Shown here in pieces: positions 1-8,986 of a stretch of 64,000 bases of DNA. The position numbers were made by a program, and so were the translations under genes. How positions within the stretch are numbered: position 1 is the stretch's first letter; each line of letters begins with the position of its first letter. Source of the stretch: Candidatus Zambryskiibacteriota bacterium (GTDB lineage: Bacteria; Patescibacteriota; Minisyncoccia; Phycocordibacterales; DATDWN01); assembly GCA_023267045.1 (NCBI GenBank), contig JAHFOB010000002.1:2032-66031 (forward strand). Reading direction: 5' to 3'. Below the pieces are notes generated by a model. The model ran no database searches. It was not told the DNA's origin and saw nothing but the letters and a program-made list of their open reading frames with translations.

Positions 1-981
1 TTTAGCGATGTTATCGGGCAGGATCATGTTGTAAAAGTTCTAGAAGCGGAAGCAAAATCAGGCGAGATTTCTCACGCCTACCTTTTTGCTGGAACGCGTG
101 GAACTGGCAAAACTTCTGTGGCTCGAATTTTCGCCTCGGCCATCGGCACTTCCAAAAATGATATTTACGAAATAGATGCGGCAAGTAATACGTCTGTTGA
201 AGATATTCGAACGCTGAACGACTCTGTTTTCACACTACCTTTTGAATCAAAGTACAAAGTCTATATTTTGGACGAGGTGCACATGCTTTCCAAATCTGCT
301 TCAAATGCTCTTCTCAAAACTCTAGAAGAACCACCAGCACATGTTGTATTTATTTTGGCCACAACAGAAACACACAAAATTCCAGAAACAGTTTTATCGC
401 GATGCGAGGTATATACATTCAAAAAGCCGAGTCAAGAAATATTGAAAAAAGTTGTAATAAACATAGCAAAAAATGAAGGGTACACTATCGATGATGCCTC
501 GAGCGAACTGGTTGCACTTCTAGGAGACGGTTCCTTCCGTGACACACAAGGTATGCTTCAGAAAATTTTGTCGTACAGCAAAAACAAGACCATTTCAGAA
601 GATGAAGTGCGACTTGTTACCGGTGCGCCAAGTGTGGAGTTAGTTCACAATGTTATTACAAGTATTGCCACAAAGGACATAACACTGGGCCTTTCCAGTG
701 TGAAAAAAGCAGCCAGTCAAAATGTTGACATGACGGTGTTTTTGAAACTTGTGTTACATACGGCTCGAGCGGTTTTGCTTGTTCGTTTTGGAGCAGGGAA
801 TCTAGTCAAAGATGATTTGTCGCAAAAAGAATTTGAATTTGTTGAGAAACTTTCAAAAAGTGACGGAACTTTTTCTTCTCAAACCCTAGTCAAACTTTTG
901 ACTGCATACGAACGAACAGTCGGTTCATACATTCCGCAGTTGCCACTTGAACTAGTGCTGGTAAATATTATTCAAAAGTGA
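1..981 (+). CDS. dnaX: DNA polymerase III subunit gamma/tau (5' truncated by window edge)
   Basis: Frame open from base 1: FSDVIGQDHV, Walker A GTRGTGKT, EIDAASN, ILDEVHMLS, LLKTLEEPP, SRC motif. Confidence 0.95.
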   Translation, partial: FSDVIGQDHVVKVLEAEAKSGEISHAYLFAGTRGTGKTSVARIFASAIGTSKNDIYEIDAASNTSVEDIRTLNDSVFTLPFESKYKVYILDEVHMLSKSASNALLKTLEEPPAHVVFILATTETHKIPETVLSRCEVYTFKKPSQEILKKVVINIAKNEGYTIDDASSELVALLGDGSFRDTQGMLQKILSYSKNKTISEDEVRLVTGAPSVELVHNVITSIATKDITLGLSSVKKAASQNVDMTVFLKLVLHTARAVLLVRFGAGNLVKDDLSQKEFEFVEKLSKSDGTFSSQTLVKLLTAYERTVGSYIPQLPLELVLVNIIQK

Positions 982-1072
982 TTTAAAAAGAAAAGGAGGT
1001 CGTCGTCCAAACGACAACCCCCAGTTTTTACTGCCACAGTTCAGAATCGATTTCACTCCTAACCGATTCTGC

Positions 1073-1423
1073 CTAAGGCACTTTTTGCCGGTCTTTCGTC
1101 TCCACTTCAGTGTACTTTCTCGTGGCTTGACCACAGATCGATTTTGTAAGCCAAAGCAGAAGTTCCACCAAGATCAGATCCCTTTCTTCCACTGATCTGG
1201 CAAATTCCGAAAGTTCTACCAGAGTTTCTTTCAGAAATCTGACTTCAGGAGCATGTTCGTTGACCGGTAGATGTTTGTCTTGCAGGAAAATGAGCAGTGC
1301 TCTGATCAGAGCATAATCAAACTCACTTTCACCATGGATTTCCTCAAGCCCCACTACTTTTGAGTTCAAGGAATCAAGTACGTCATCTCTTTTTGAATTT
1401 CGCTTGATCTGATCTTCATTCAT
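1073..1423 (-). CDS. hypothetical protein (ORFan-like)
   Basis: 116-aa ORF with GGAGG SD and TTGACT/TACTAT-like promoter upstream, hairpin downstream. Confidence 0.6.
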   Translation of the reverse strand: MNEDQIKRNSKRDDVLDSLNSKVVGLEEIHGESEFDYALIRALLIFLQDKHLPVNEHAPEVRFLKETLVELSEFARSVEERDLILVELLLWLTKSICGQATRKYTEVETKDRQKVP

Positions 1424-1527
1424 CTCTGCCTCCGAGTGGAATAGTAATGAAATACTATAAGTAAGTCAATCAGAATTAGAAGACAAAAGAAAAGGAGGCT
1501 ATCGTTTGCGCGATAACCTCCTGGTGT

Positions 1528-1953
1528 TTATTTGATGAAGTCGCTTGTCCTTCCTCGGGCTCTGTGATGAGCCTGACTGCGAAGGGATACTCGAGATTGA
1601 TTTTCTCGCAACAGTCCCCACGATATCTGCTTTCCATGCAATGCTCTGATGTGTGTATCATTTTCACGAGACGATACAAGCTTGTGTTTTGAGCATCTCC
1701 CTTTGATTCCGAGGTAGTAAATCGCTTTTTTACCACAGATTTCGCAGGTATTGACTAACTCTGGCAAAGCAACTGATAGAGATATTCGGGAGAGTCGACC
1801 AGCCTTGACCTCCAAGATCATGTTGGCGGCGTCTGCTTTTTCTTTACTTTTTTCTCGCCGTCTAGCTTTCACTATTTCCAGAACCTCAACTATCTGGTCA
1901 TCAGTCCACGGGATTTCTCTGCGCCAGAGAAAATAGCTGATTCGGTTTCCCAT
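1528..1953 (-). CDS. hypothetical basic protein with CxxC...CxxH
   Basis: 141-aa ORF, GAGGT SD, TTGACT upstream; CEICG...RCSKH. Confidence 0.6.
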   Translation of the reverse strand: MGNRISYFLWRREIPWTDDQIVEVLEIVKARRREKSKEKADAANMILEVKAGRLSRISLSVALPELVNTCEICGKKAIYYLGIKGRCSKHKLVSSRENDTHIRALHGKQISWGLLRENQSRVSLRSQAHHRARGRTSDFIK

Positions 1954-2131
1954 TTTTACCTCATTCCATTGAAGGAACTTTTCTAAATTACAATATAATA
2001 AATGAGAAGGTTAGTCAATCTAAATATTTTCCTATCCTTCATCATCTCAACTACAATGGCAAAAAGTTAAAAAAAGCTAGTGTAACTATAAATTTAACCA
2101 TGAATCACAAAATAATTACGAGATTAATTAC

Positions 2132-2165
2132 ACACCTAATTTGTCTTATAGGACAAATTAGGTGT
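2132..2165. repeat. 34-bp palindrome upstream of PaaX/Cas2-like gene
   Basis: ACACCTAATTTGTC-TTATAG-GACAAATTAGGTGT. Confidence 0.85.
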
Positions 2166-2177
2166 ATATGATAAAGT

Positions 2178-2759
2178 GTGAATATGGTTAATCTGGAAAA
2201 AGAATCTAGTAAAAGAAGATCGAGAAATAACATGCAGAAAGCTATACTGGCTTCCGTAAAAATAGCGGGACTTTTGAGTTTCGCGGTTGTTGCACCAAAT
2301 TCAATTAAATATTTAAAATCATTCGGCGTAATTCCAGGCAAAAGACAAAAAGAAATTATGGCAAGATCTAGAGACCGTTTAATTCAAAATGGTTTATTAA
2401 AATATAAAAACGGATTCATAAGATTGACAGAAAAAGGACAAAAAAGATTAGATTCATTAGAAATTAAAAGTTGGAAATTTGATAAACCAAAGAAATGGGA
2501 CAGTAGATGGCGCATGCTTATATTTGATATACCAGAAAAAAGAAGATCGCTTCGTGCTAAAATTCGTCTGACACTTTTAGGTGTCGGATTTTCTAGACTT
2601 CAAGACAGTGTTTGGATTTATCCGTATGATTGTGAGGATTTCATCACTTTATTAAAAGCGGATTTCAGAGTAGGTAAAGACCTTCTGTACATTATTGTTG
2701 ATTCTATTGAAAACGACAAGAATCTTAGGAAATTATTTGGTTTACCATTGGAAAAATAA
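2178..2759 (+). CDS. PaaX-like regulator with Cas2-like ferredoxin fold (CPR-type)
   Basis: wHTH-like RLTEKG then KWDSRWRMLIFDIPE...LQDSVWIYPY. Confidence 0.8.
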   Translation: MNMVNLEKESSKRRSRNNMQKAILASVKIAGLLSFAVVAPNSIKYLKSFGVIPGKRQKEIMARSRDRLIQNGLLKYKNGFIRLTEKGQKRLDSLEIKSWKFDKPKKWDSRWRMLIFDIPEKRRSLRAKIRLTLLGVGFSRLQDSVWIYPYDCEDFITLLKADFRVGKDLLYIIVDSIENDKNLRKLFGLPLEK

Positions 2760-2772
2760 ATAAGTACTACAT

Positions 2773-2806
2773 ACACTTAACCAATCCTATAGGGTTATTT
2801 AAGTGT
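2773..2806. repeat. 34-bp imperfect palindrome downstream of PaaX/Cas2-like gene
   Basis: ACACTTAA-CCAAT-CCTATAGG-GTTAT-TTAAGTGT, same length and arms as 2132-2165. Confidence 0.75.
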
Positions 2807-2899
2807 GTAATGATATAGAGTATTAATTTTATTAACTGACAGAGAAGACGACTGGTGAAAAGTCAGAAAAAGTGTTAATATAATTTGCGTTTACTGTAT

Positions 2900-2970
2900 T
2901 GGGAGATCGTCTAACGGTAGGACAGGAGCCTTTGAAGCTTCTAATCTAGGTCCGATTCCTAGTCTCCCAG
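2900..2970 (+). tRNA. tRNA-Gln(TTG)
   Basis: Acceptor TGGGAGA/TCTCCCA, anticodon arm GGAGC-CTTTGAA-GCTTC, T-arm CTAGG-TCCGATT-CCTAG; no encoded CCA. Confidence 0.95.
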
Positions 2971-3084
2971 CACTTCGATTTTAATGAAATGAAAATCGAA
3001 GTCACTGAGGAGTGAAACGACGAAGTGTCTCTTACATTTTACATTTCAATTCGTGTTAAAATCTCAGTGTCTTCGACCAAGCCC

Positions 3085-3183
3085 ATGTCTTATTTCACCT
3101 ACATTCTCCAATGTTCTGATAAATCTTTTTATGTTGATTGCATAAATAGTTTTGTTCAAGGTTTCGCCTTGAACAAAATTTAG
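3085..3183 (+). pseudogene. GIY-YIG nuclease N-terminal remnant
   Basis: MSYFTYILQCSDKSFYV.. matches the GIY-YIG start, then runs into a hairpin (3150-3178) and stops. Confidence 0.6.
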
Positions 3184-3184
3184 T

Positions 3185-3436
3185 AAGGTTGATCAAGATG
3201 TTTGGGATAGCATTGAAGCTGTCAGAACGGTTGGTAATATTGGAGCACACATGGAAAAGGATATAAACATCATTGTTGATGTTGAGCCAGAAGAAGCGCA
3301 GTTACTTATCAGTCTAATCGAACAATTGATAGATGAGTGGTATGTTACTCGTAATGCACGTAAAGAAAGAACTGCAAGTTTGAAAAATCTTGTAGAAATT
3401 AAAAAGAATCAAACAACTATTGAAGCTGGGGAATAA
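3185..3436 (+). pseudogene. DUF4145-like (HEPN-type) protein C-terminal remnant
   Basis: KVDQDVWDSIEAVRTVGNIGAHMEKDINIIVDVEPEEA, RxxGNxxAH motif, no N-terminus. Confidence 0.7.
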
Positions 3437-3506
3437 GCTATACTTAGAGCCATAGCTGTTCCTATATCCAACCAAACTGTCAGCAATGTGAATAAAGAAT
3501 ACTCTC

Positions 3507-3836
3507 ATGTCCACCTCACCAGAAACAATTGAATTTATTTTAGAAAAACTAAATGATTATGATAGATTTTCTACCAGATCAATGTTTGGTGAGTATGCTC
3601 TGTACGCAGATGGAAAAGTTGTCGGCCTTGTTTGCGATGACCTTTTGTATGTAAAAATACTTCCCGAGAGTCACGAGCTTGAAAGTTTGTGTGAGAAAGG
3701 GGAACCGTATCCAAAAGCAAAACTATGGTATGTAGTTGAAGAAGATCAGCTGTCTAAAATAGAGAATTTGCCGGATATTCTATTTGCCGTCGCAGACTCT
3801 CTTCCAGCAAAGAAAAAGAAAACGAAGAAGAAATAA
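3507..3836 (+). CDS. TfoX/Sxy N-terminal domain protein
   Basis: RSMFGEYALYADGKVVGLVCDDLLYVK. Confidence 0.85.
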   Translation: MSTSPETIEFILEKLNDYDRFSTRSMFGEYALYADGKVVGLVCDDLLYVKILPESHELESLCEKGEPYPKAKLWYVVEEDQLSKIENLPDILFAVADSLPAKKKKTKKK

Positions 3837-3855
3837 CTTTGGTATAATCATTTTT

Positions 3856-4638
3856 ATGAAAATTCTTTCTCTGAATACCTGGGGAGCGAGAGCAGGGCAT
3901 GCTGATTTTTTGAATTTTATAAAAAGGCAGAGTAATTCGATTGACGTTTTTTGCTTTCAAGAGATTTGGCATGTAGATTCAGAAAATTTTGAGCATGCAA
4001 AACTTCAAATTGAAGATGCCGTAGCTGGTGGGGTTGTATTAAAAAATATGATGAAAGATTTATTTCCTCAAATTAGCAAAGTCCTTACTGATTACAAAGG
4101 ATTTTTCCGTCCCCACTATGGAACTCACTACGGACTAGCGATATTTGTCAAAAAAGATTTAGATTTAATAGAAGAAGGAGATATTTTTGTATTTAAGGAT
4201 CGAGATTTTGTTCCGACAGGCGATGTAGGTAATCACGCAAGAAATGTTCAATACGCGTGTATACAAACAGAAAAAGGTTTACAAACAATAGTTAATTTCC
4301 ATGGATTATGGAATGGCAAGGGTAAAACAGATACGGAAGATAGACTACTCCAGTCAGATAATATTATTAAATTTCTCAAAACCATAAAAAATCCCTTCAT
4401 TTTGGTTGGGGATTTTAATTTACTGCCAGATACAGAAAGTTTGAAAAAATTTGAAGAGTTTGGTTTGAGAAATCTCATAAAAGAAAATAACATAACTTCA
4501 ACACGAACAAGTTTATATAAAAAAGAACACAAATTTGCTGACTACGTTTTTGTCAGCAAAGGGATTGAAGTAAAAGATTTTAAAATTTTACCAGATGAGA
4601 TTTCGGATCATAATCCAATATTTTTAGAGATAAAATAA
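3856..4638 (+). CDS. endonuclease/exonuclease/phosphatase family protein
   Basis: MKILSLNTW, CFQE, GDFN, DYVF, SDHNP; start moved to ATG 3856 behind a TATAAT. Confidence 0.9.
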   Translation: MKILSLNTWGARAGHADFLNFIKRQSNSIDVFCFQEIWHVDSENFEHAKLQIEDAVAGGVVLKNMMKDLFPQISKVLTDYKGFFRPHYGTHYGLAIFVKKDLDLIEEGDIFVFKDRDFVPTGDVGNHARNVQYACIQTEKGLQTIVNFHGLWNGKGKTDTEDRLLQSDNIIKFLKTIKNPFILVGDFNLLPDTESLKKFEEFGLRNLIKENNITSTRTSLYKKEHKFADYVFVSKGIEVKDFKILPDEISDHNPIFLEIK

Positions 4639-4696
4639 ATCTCACTCTTGTCTTTATTACACAATTGAGCTAAATTGGTTTGAGAAGGAGATATAT

Positions 4697-5056
4697 ATGT
4701 CAATTCCACTTCCAATGCCAAAGAGGGTTCCGGAAACTGGCCTCTACTACCACTACAAGCATGACCCAACTGGCACAGTCAACAACTACGCCTATGAAGT
4801 AGTCGGAGTTGGTTTTCACACAGAGGATAACTGTCGTCCTGGGGAACGGCATTTTCTGGTCTATCGTCCCTTGTACGAATCCAGGGAATATCGATTTTCA
4901 AAGTACGGAGGAATCCCTTGTTTTTACAGTAGGCCACTTGCAATGTGGATGGGAGAAGTGGAAAAGGACGGACAAGTTGTTCCGCGCTTCCAGAAAATCA
5001 CTGACCCAAAGGTTATCCGGAAACTGAAAAGAATCCGGAACAAGATGTACCCATGA
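4697..5056 (+). CDS. DUF1653-like protein
   Basis: GLYYHYK...YEVVGVG...VYRPLY...RPLAMW...RF. Confidence 0.7.
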   Translation: MSIPLPMPKRVPETGLYYHYKHDPTGTVNNYAYEVVGVGFHTEDNCRPGERHFLVYRPLYESREYRFSKYGGIPCFYSRPLAMWMGEVEKDGQVVPRFQKITDPKVIRKLKRIRNKMYP

Positions 5057-5148
5057 CCGCCCAAGAGCCACCGTGCTTTTGGGTGGCTTTTGTTTATAAA
5101 ATAAAAGAGGATATCAACAGTTTATACACTTATCCACATCTAGAACAT

Positions 5149-5176
5149 TTGACATAAAATTTTTAGGGTATATACT
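5149..5176 (+). promoter_or_regulatory. sigma70-type promoter for putative large ncRNA
   Basis: TTGACA-16bp-TATACT; DnaA-box-like TTATCCACA at 5130-5138. Confidence 0.7.
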
Positions 5177-5181
5177 CTTCG

Positions 5182-5710
5182 TCAGAGAGTTCGAAGGGTA
5201 CTAAAGGCTGTACTGGATTAGAGGATGAGAAGGAATATCTTATTCTTGGGTTAAAAGCCAATAATTCAGTGGGAGAGAAATCTTCCTTCAAAAGGTTCGC
5301 TGAAAGGCGGATCCCAAATACGAACAGTCATACGTATCATTGACCGACCTAATAATTGTGCAGGCAGGGGCAATCTCCGAATCCAAAGAGATTCTTGTCG
5401 GCACAAATGTCGTCTGGTGACGCGGGTAAGGATAAATCGCGTTAGGTTCAAAGCCACCAGAAGGCTAGGGAAGTTGATTCCACATCCTTGGATTACCGAA
5501 GGCGAATTCAATCGTCGAGGTAAAAATGGGTATCTGTGGGTGTTTAACAGAACAGCCACGTAGGTGCGACTGCATCAGGAAGATGGGGAAACTCACACAA
5601 TTTAGGTATGAAAGGTCTAACGACTGATCTGCCCAAATTGGGTGTATAACCCACTTCCTGATCTGAGCTAAGATCTGCGCACTCCGCGACGAAAAATCCG
5701 GGGTGTTTTT
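5182..5710 (+). ncRNA. putative large structured non-coding RNA, family unassigned
   Basis: No credible ORF, raised GC, GAAA/GCAA tetraloop hairpins, long-range helices, upstream promoter and 3' terminator. Confidence 0.7.
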
Positions 5711-5727
5711 TGTATCAGTTTATTTTT

Positions 5728-6627
5728 TTACTTAAAAAATTCCATAAATTTCATCGGGTCGATTGAGACTCCGTTTAGTCTGATACTCAAATGCAGATGT
5801 GGAGCGTCTGTGTAGCCAGTTTGACCAGAAAGTCCGATAATTTGCCCCGGTAAAACAAGTTCACCAACATTTACTTTTATTTTGGAGAGATGAAGGTAGA
5901 ACGTTTGCAATCCCAATCCGTGGTCGACAACGATCGTTTTGCCATAAGAAATACCAGTCCGAGCAATCCGAACAACTCCACGATTCATGGCCATGACAGG
6001 AGTGCCTTCGCTCGCTCTGAAGTCCGTGCCTTTGTGTGGGATAGTATATGCGCCAGTTTCGCGAGAATATCCATATGGGTCCGTCACGAAAATTTGTGAA
6101 AGAGGGAAGTGAAATGATTCTGTCCAAAAAGCTTTTTTGCCAGTGTACAGGTTGTTCAGTGTCGAATTTTCCGTCGCCAACACTGCGATCAAATTATTCT
6201 GACTTGCAGTTGTATTTCCGCCAAGTTTTTCTGGTATGCCGAGTGGTTCCTCGACTTTTTCTCTTTCTAAAACGGTAATAACTTTTTCTAGCGTTTGTCC
6301 GTTTGTTAATTTTACCTTCAGATTATAGTTCCCGGGTTTTTTACGAAGATCAACACCAATAAAAGCTGTGACTTTTTTGCCTGCCCCGTTGGAAGCTTGC
6401 TTTCCTTCGGGGCTGTACAAAAACACTGGCACATGAATGCCATCAAAAGTTATTTCTTTCACTTCAGAAATCTTTGTTAATCCAACCACGGTAATCATCA
6501 CAGGATCACCCCGCTGTATTTTTTCAGGAAAAGTAATCAGTGTAGGAGAAACAGCCCAAGTTATATTTGGGGTTAAAAAAGTTATACAAAATATCAAAAC
6601 AAAACCAAGCTTGAGCACTTTATTCAT
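5728..6627 (-). CDS. M23 family metallopeptidase
   Basis: Signal peptide, HKGTD, YLHLS, PHLH, IDP. Confidence 0.92.
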   Translation of the reverse strand: MNKVLKLGFVLIFCITFLTPNITWAVSPTLITFPEKIQRGDPVMITVVGLTKISEVKEITFDGIHVPVFLYSPEGKQASNGAGKKVTAFIGVDLRKKPGNYNLKVKLTNGQTLEKVITVLEREKVEEPLGIPEKLGGNTTASQNNLIAVLATENSTLNNLYTGKKAFWTESFHFPLSQIFVTDPYGYSRETGAYTIPHKGTDFRASEGTPVMAMNRGVVRIARTGISYGKTIVVDHGLGLQTFYLHLSKIKVNVGELVLPGQIIGLSGQTGYTDAPHLHLSIRLNGVSIDPMKFMEFFK

Positions 6628-6650
6628 GTCCCAATTGTACTACTTTTTGC

Positions 6651-7214
6651 TCAACTACTCTTTTTTCGCAAAATAAAAACAGTCATAGTTGTATTTGCCA
6701 TAATCATAACTATTGAATGTAGAGTTGTAGCGATGTTATATGTCTGCAGAGAAAAAAGAGCCAGAGCGTGACGTAGGACGTTTGTGCCGTAAAGCAGAGG
6801 AGTTTCAGTTTTTGGTTTGAGCCATGTTTTGCGCAAAGTCGGGATGAAAGCGATGAGATCAATCGATACGGCGATGATGACTGAAATAGTCGGGTCTTTT
6901 GTTAGTATCCAAGGAATAAGACCTAGCAGGGCAACGACTAGGAAAAATGTGTCGATTTTTTTAACATGCTTAAATCCATTTGGCAGGGAAAAGAAAAATA
7001 TAATAATAGTAAAAATTTCCGAGGCTCCAGTTGGTAGTGCACCGATGCCAGCGCCTTTTGACAACTGTCCGAAAAAAACAATACACGAAACAATGCTCCA
7101 AACGAACCATGTATATGCGTGCGGTTCTACTTTTCGTTTTATGACATCCCAGAGGTAAGGCAGATTTCCTACAACCGCAAGTATCGCAGCAATTATAGCG
7201 ATGTTTTCTTTCAT
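6651..7214 (-). CDS. multi-pass membrane protein
   Basis: Hydrophobic 187 aa with repeated PY..K / PT..K units (PQ-loop-like). Confidence 0.75.
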   Translation of the reverse strand: MKENIAIIAAILAVVGNLPYLWDVIKRKVEPHAYTWFVWSIVSCIVFFGQLSKGAGIGALPTGASEIFTIIIFFFSLPNGFKHVKKIDTFFLVVALLGLIPWILTKDPTISVIIAVSIDLIAFIPTLRKTWLKPKTETPLLYGTNVLRHALALFSLQTYNIATTLHSIVMIMANTTMTVFILRKKSS

Positions 7215-7216
7215 GA

Positions 7217-7588
7217 CTAAAGAAAGTTTCGAACTTTTATTATTTGGTACAGATTAAATGTAACTCCAGAATTGACTACCAAAGCTCCCCAGACCAGAGA
7301 CCAGTCTTTATAATGAATACCTTTTACAAACAAGACGCATTGAATAAAAAAGACGGCGATGGGTAGGAAAACTGATACATTTTTGGCACTTTTTGAAGCG
7401 TGGACCAGCGAGCCCTGATTATAATAACCCAGCGAGACCACTAGCCATCCACAAGCTAGAATAATGCTCCAGATTGTTTGAGTATTCCAAAATCCTTGTC
7501 TGTCTAAAAGATAGTTATAAACAAAATAAGTCGGTACAAGAACAAGCGCGGCAGTAAGAAGTATTTCTAGAAATATTTTTTTACTCAT
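7217..7588 (-). CDS. small membrane protein
   Basis: 123 aa, about 4 TM segments, coupled to the next gene. Confidence 0.7.
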   Translation of the reverse strand: MSKKIFLEILLTAALVLVPTYFVYNYLLDRQGFWNTQTIWSIILACGWLVVSLGYYNQGSLVHASKSAKNVSVFLPIAVFFIQCVLFVKGIHYKDWSLVWGALVVNSGVTFNLYQIIKVRNFL

Positions 7589-7695
7589 TACTAATTAAAT
7601 TACACTATAATTATAACACGTATGTATCTTCTAGACCAAAACTGCTCTTGGCAGTATACTTATGAAATATTGGTATTACTTTATAAATATAAAAA

Positions 7696-7818
7696 ATGAC
7701 TATACAATGGAACAAAGTTACTTGGTATTCAAAACTAGTGGCAGTTATACTTTTTCTTCTTGTTTTTCTGGTGGCTTTTAAACTGGGCTATGGCTATGGT
7801 CAACTAAAAGGGTTATAA
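7696..7818 (+). CDS. small membrane protein (40 aa, absent from ORF track)
   Basis: MTIQWNKVTWYSKLVAVILFLLVFLVAFKLGYGYGQLKGL*. Confidence 0.55.
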   Translation: MTIQWNKVTWYSKLVAVILFLLVFLVAFKLGYGYGQLKGL

Positions 7819-7841
7819 TTATAAAAATTAATAACAAAAAC

Positions 7842-8030
7842 ATGCCACAAACAAAAATAGTAACAGGGATAGTTGTAGTGATAGCAGTTGCAGTTATTGC
7901 TTACTTTGGTTTTTATAGGTCTACCCCTTCAAACAGTGGGGAAGTTAAAGGAGAAACAACAAGTCAGGGCACAACTGGTCAAACGACAGACAATACAGCA
8001 CTCGGTGAGATGGGTGAACAGGCAAACTAA
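7842..8030 (+). CDS. small membrane-anchored protein
   Basis: N-terminal TM plus polar tail. Confidence 0.6.
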   Translation: MPQTKIVTGIVVVIAVAVIAYFGFYRSTPSNSGEVKGETTSQGTTGQTTDNTALGEMGEQAN

Positions 8031-8035
8031 TCAAG

Positions 8036-8497
8036 ATGAAAAATAAAAAACTTTGGTTATTTGTTGCCTTCATTTTTGTCGTGGCTATTTGCCTAGTATT
8101 TGCCTATGGTAAAAAAGCCGAGGCCCCTTTGCAGGAAAAATCAGAAAGCAAAATCAACTACACCAACTCTTCAGCTGACCTCATAGTAGTTGACCTACCG
8201 TATCCAGACGCGGTAACGGGCAAAGATTTTTCTGTTATAGGGAAGGCTCGCGGAACTTGGTTTTTTGAAGCGTCATTTCCTATAAAAGTTTTAGATAAAG
8301 ATGGAAATACACTAGCTACTGCCATAGCTCAAGCGCAAAGCGATTGGATGACAGAAAATTTTGTTCCGTTCAAGGCTGATGTTAAAATTCCACAGAGCTA
8401 CATAGGAAAAGCAACTTTAATTTTGAAAAAAGATAACCCCTCTGGTCTACCAGAGCACGACGCTTCAATTTCTTTTCCAATAAATATTGAGTATTAA
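8036..8497 (+). CDS. Gmad2 immunoglobulin-like domain protein
   Basis: GKARGTWFFEASFP, WMTENFVPF, DNPSGLPE. Confidence 0.85.
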   Translation: MKNKKLWLFVAFIFVVAICLVFAYGKKAEAPLQEKSESKINYTNSSADLIVVDLPYPDAVTGKDFSVIGKARGTWFFEASFPIKVLDKDGNTLATAIAQAQSDWMTENFVPFKADVKIPQSYIGKATLILKKDNPSGLPEHDASISFPINIEY

Positions 8498-8640
8498 ACT
8501 CTCTCCAAATAAGCCCCAAGGTTAGCCATATTTTGGTTGTTGCTATAGGTAATCTACAGGGGCTATACTTTACAGCCCTAGAGGGTGTATACTGTAGGGG
8601 AATCACATATTATAAATAACGTATAGATAGAATAAAAAAT

Positions 8641-8895
8641 ATGGCAAAAGAAAATTCTGCGTTTATGAAGCCAATGACAATTAGTAGCGATTTGGCAAAG
8701 GTAGTTGGCAGTGGTCCAATGCCTCGATCTGAAGTTGTTAAGAAGATTTGGATATATATAAAGAAGAACAATCTTCAAGACGCAAAAAATAAACGAAACA
8801 TCAATGCTGATGAAAATTTGAAGAAAGTTTTCGGAGGCAAGTCTATGGTAAATATGTTTGAGATGACAAAGCTTGTTTCAAAGCACCTAAGCTAA
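8641..8895 (+). CDS. SWIB/MDM2 domain protein
   Basis: PRSEVVKKIWIYIKKNNLQD..KRNINADENLKKVFG..MFEMTKLVSKHL. Confidence 0.9.
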   Translation: MAKENSAFMKPMTISSDLAKVVGSGPMPRSEVVKKIWIYIKKNNLQDAKNKRNINADENLKKVFGGKSMVNMFEMTKLVSKHLS

Positions 8896-8986
8896 GATTT
8901 GAATAAAAAAGAAACGACCCCGAGAATCCGCAAGGACCTCGGGGTTGTTTTTTTGTATAATCATTTTGTCGTGGTATAATAAAGTG

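Noticed and set aside
2101-2900. CRISPR-Cas locus suggested by the Cas2-like fold
   Set aside because: No repeat-spacer array and no cas1 or effector gene anywhere in the window
5122-5138. Replication origin suggested by DnaA-box-like TTATCCACA (also TGTGGATAA at 28781)
   Set aside because: Only one or two boxes per site and no dnaA/dnaN context
5182-5710. RNase P RNA, tmRNA or group I/II intron identity for the large RNA
   Set aside because: No GAGGAAAGTCC motif, no tRNA-like ends with tag ORF, no interrupted host gene and no recognisable domain V; left unassigned
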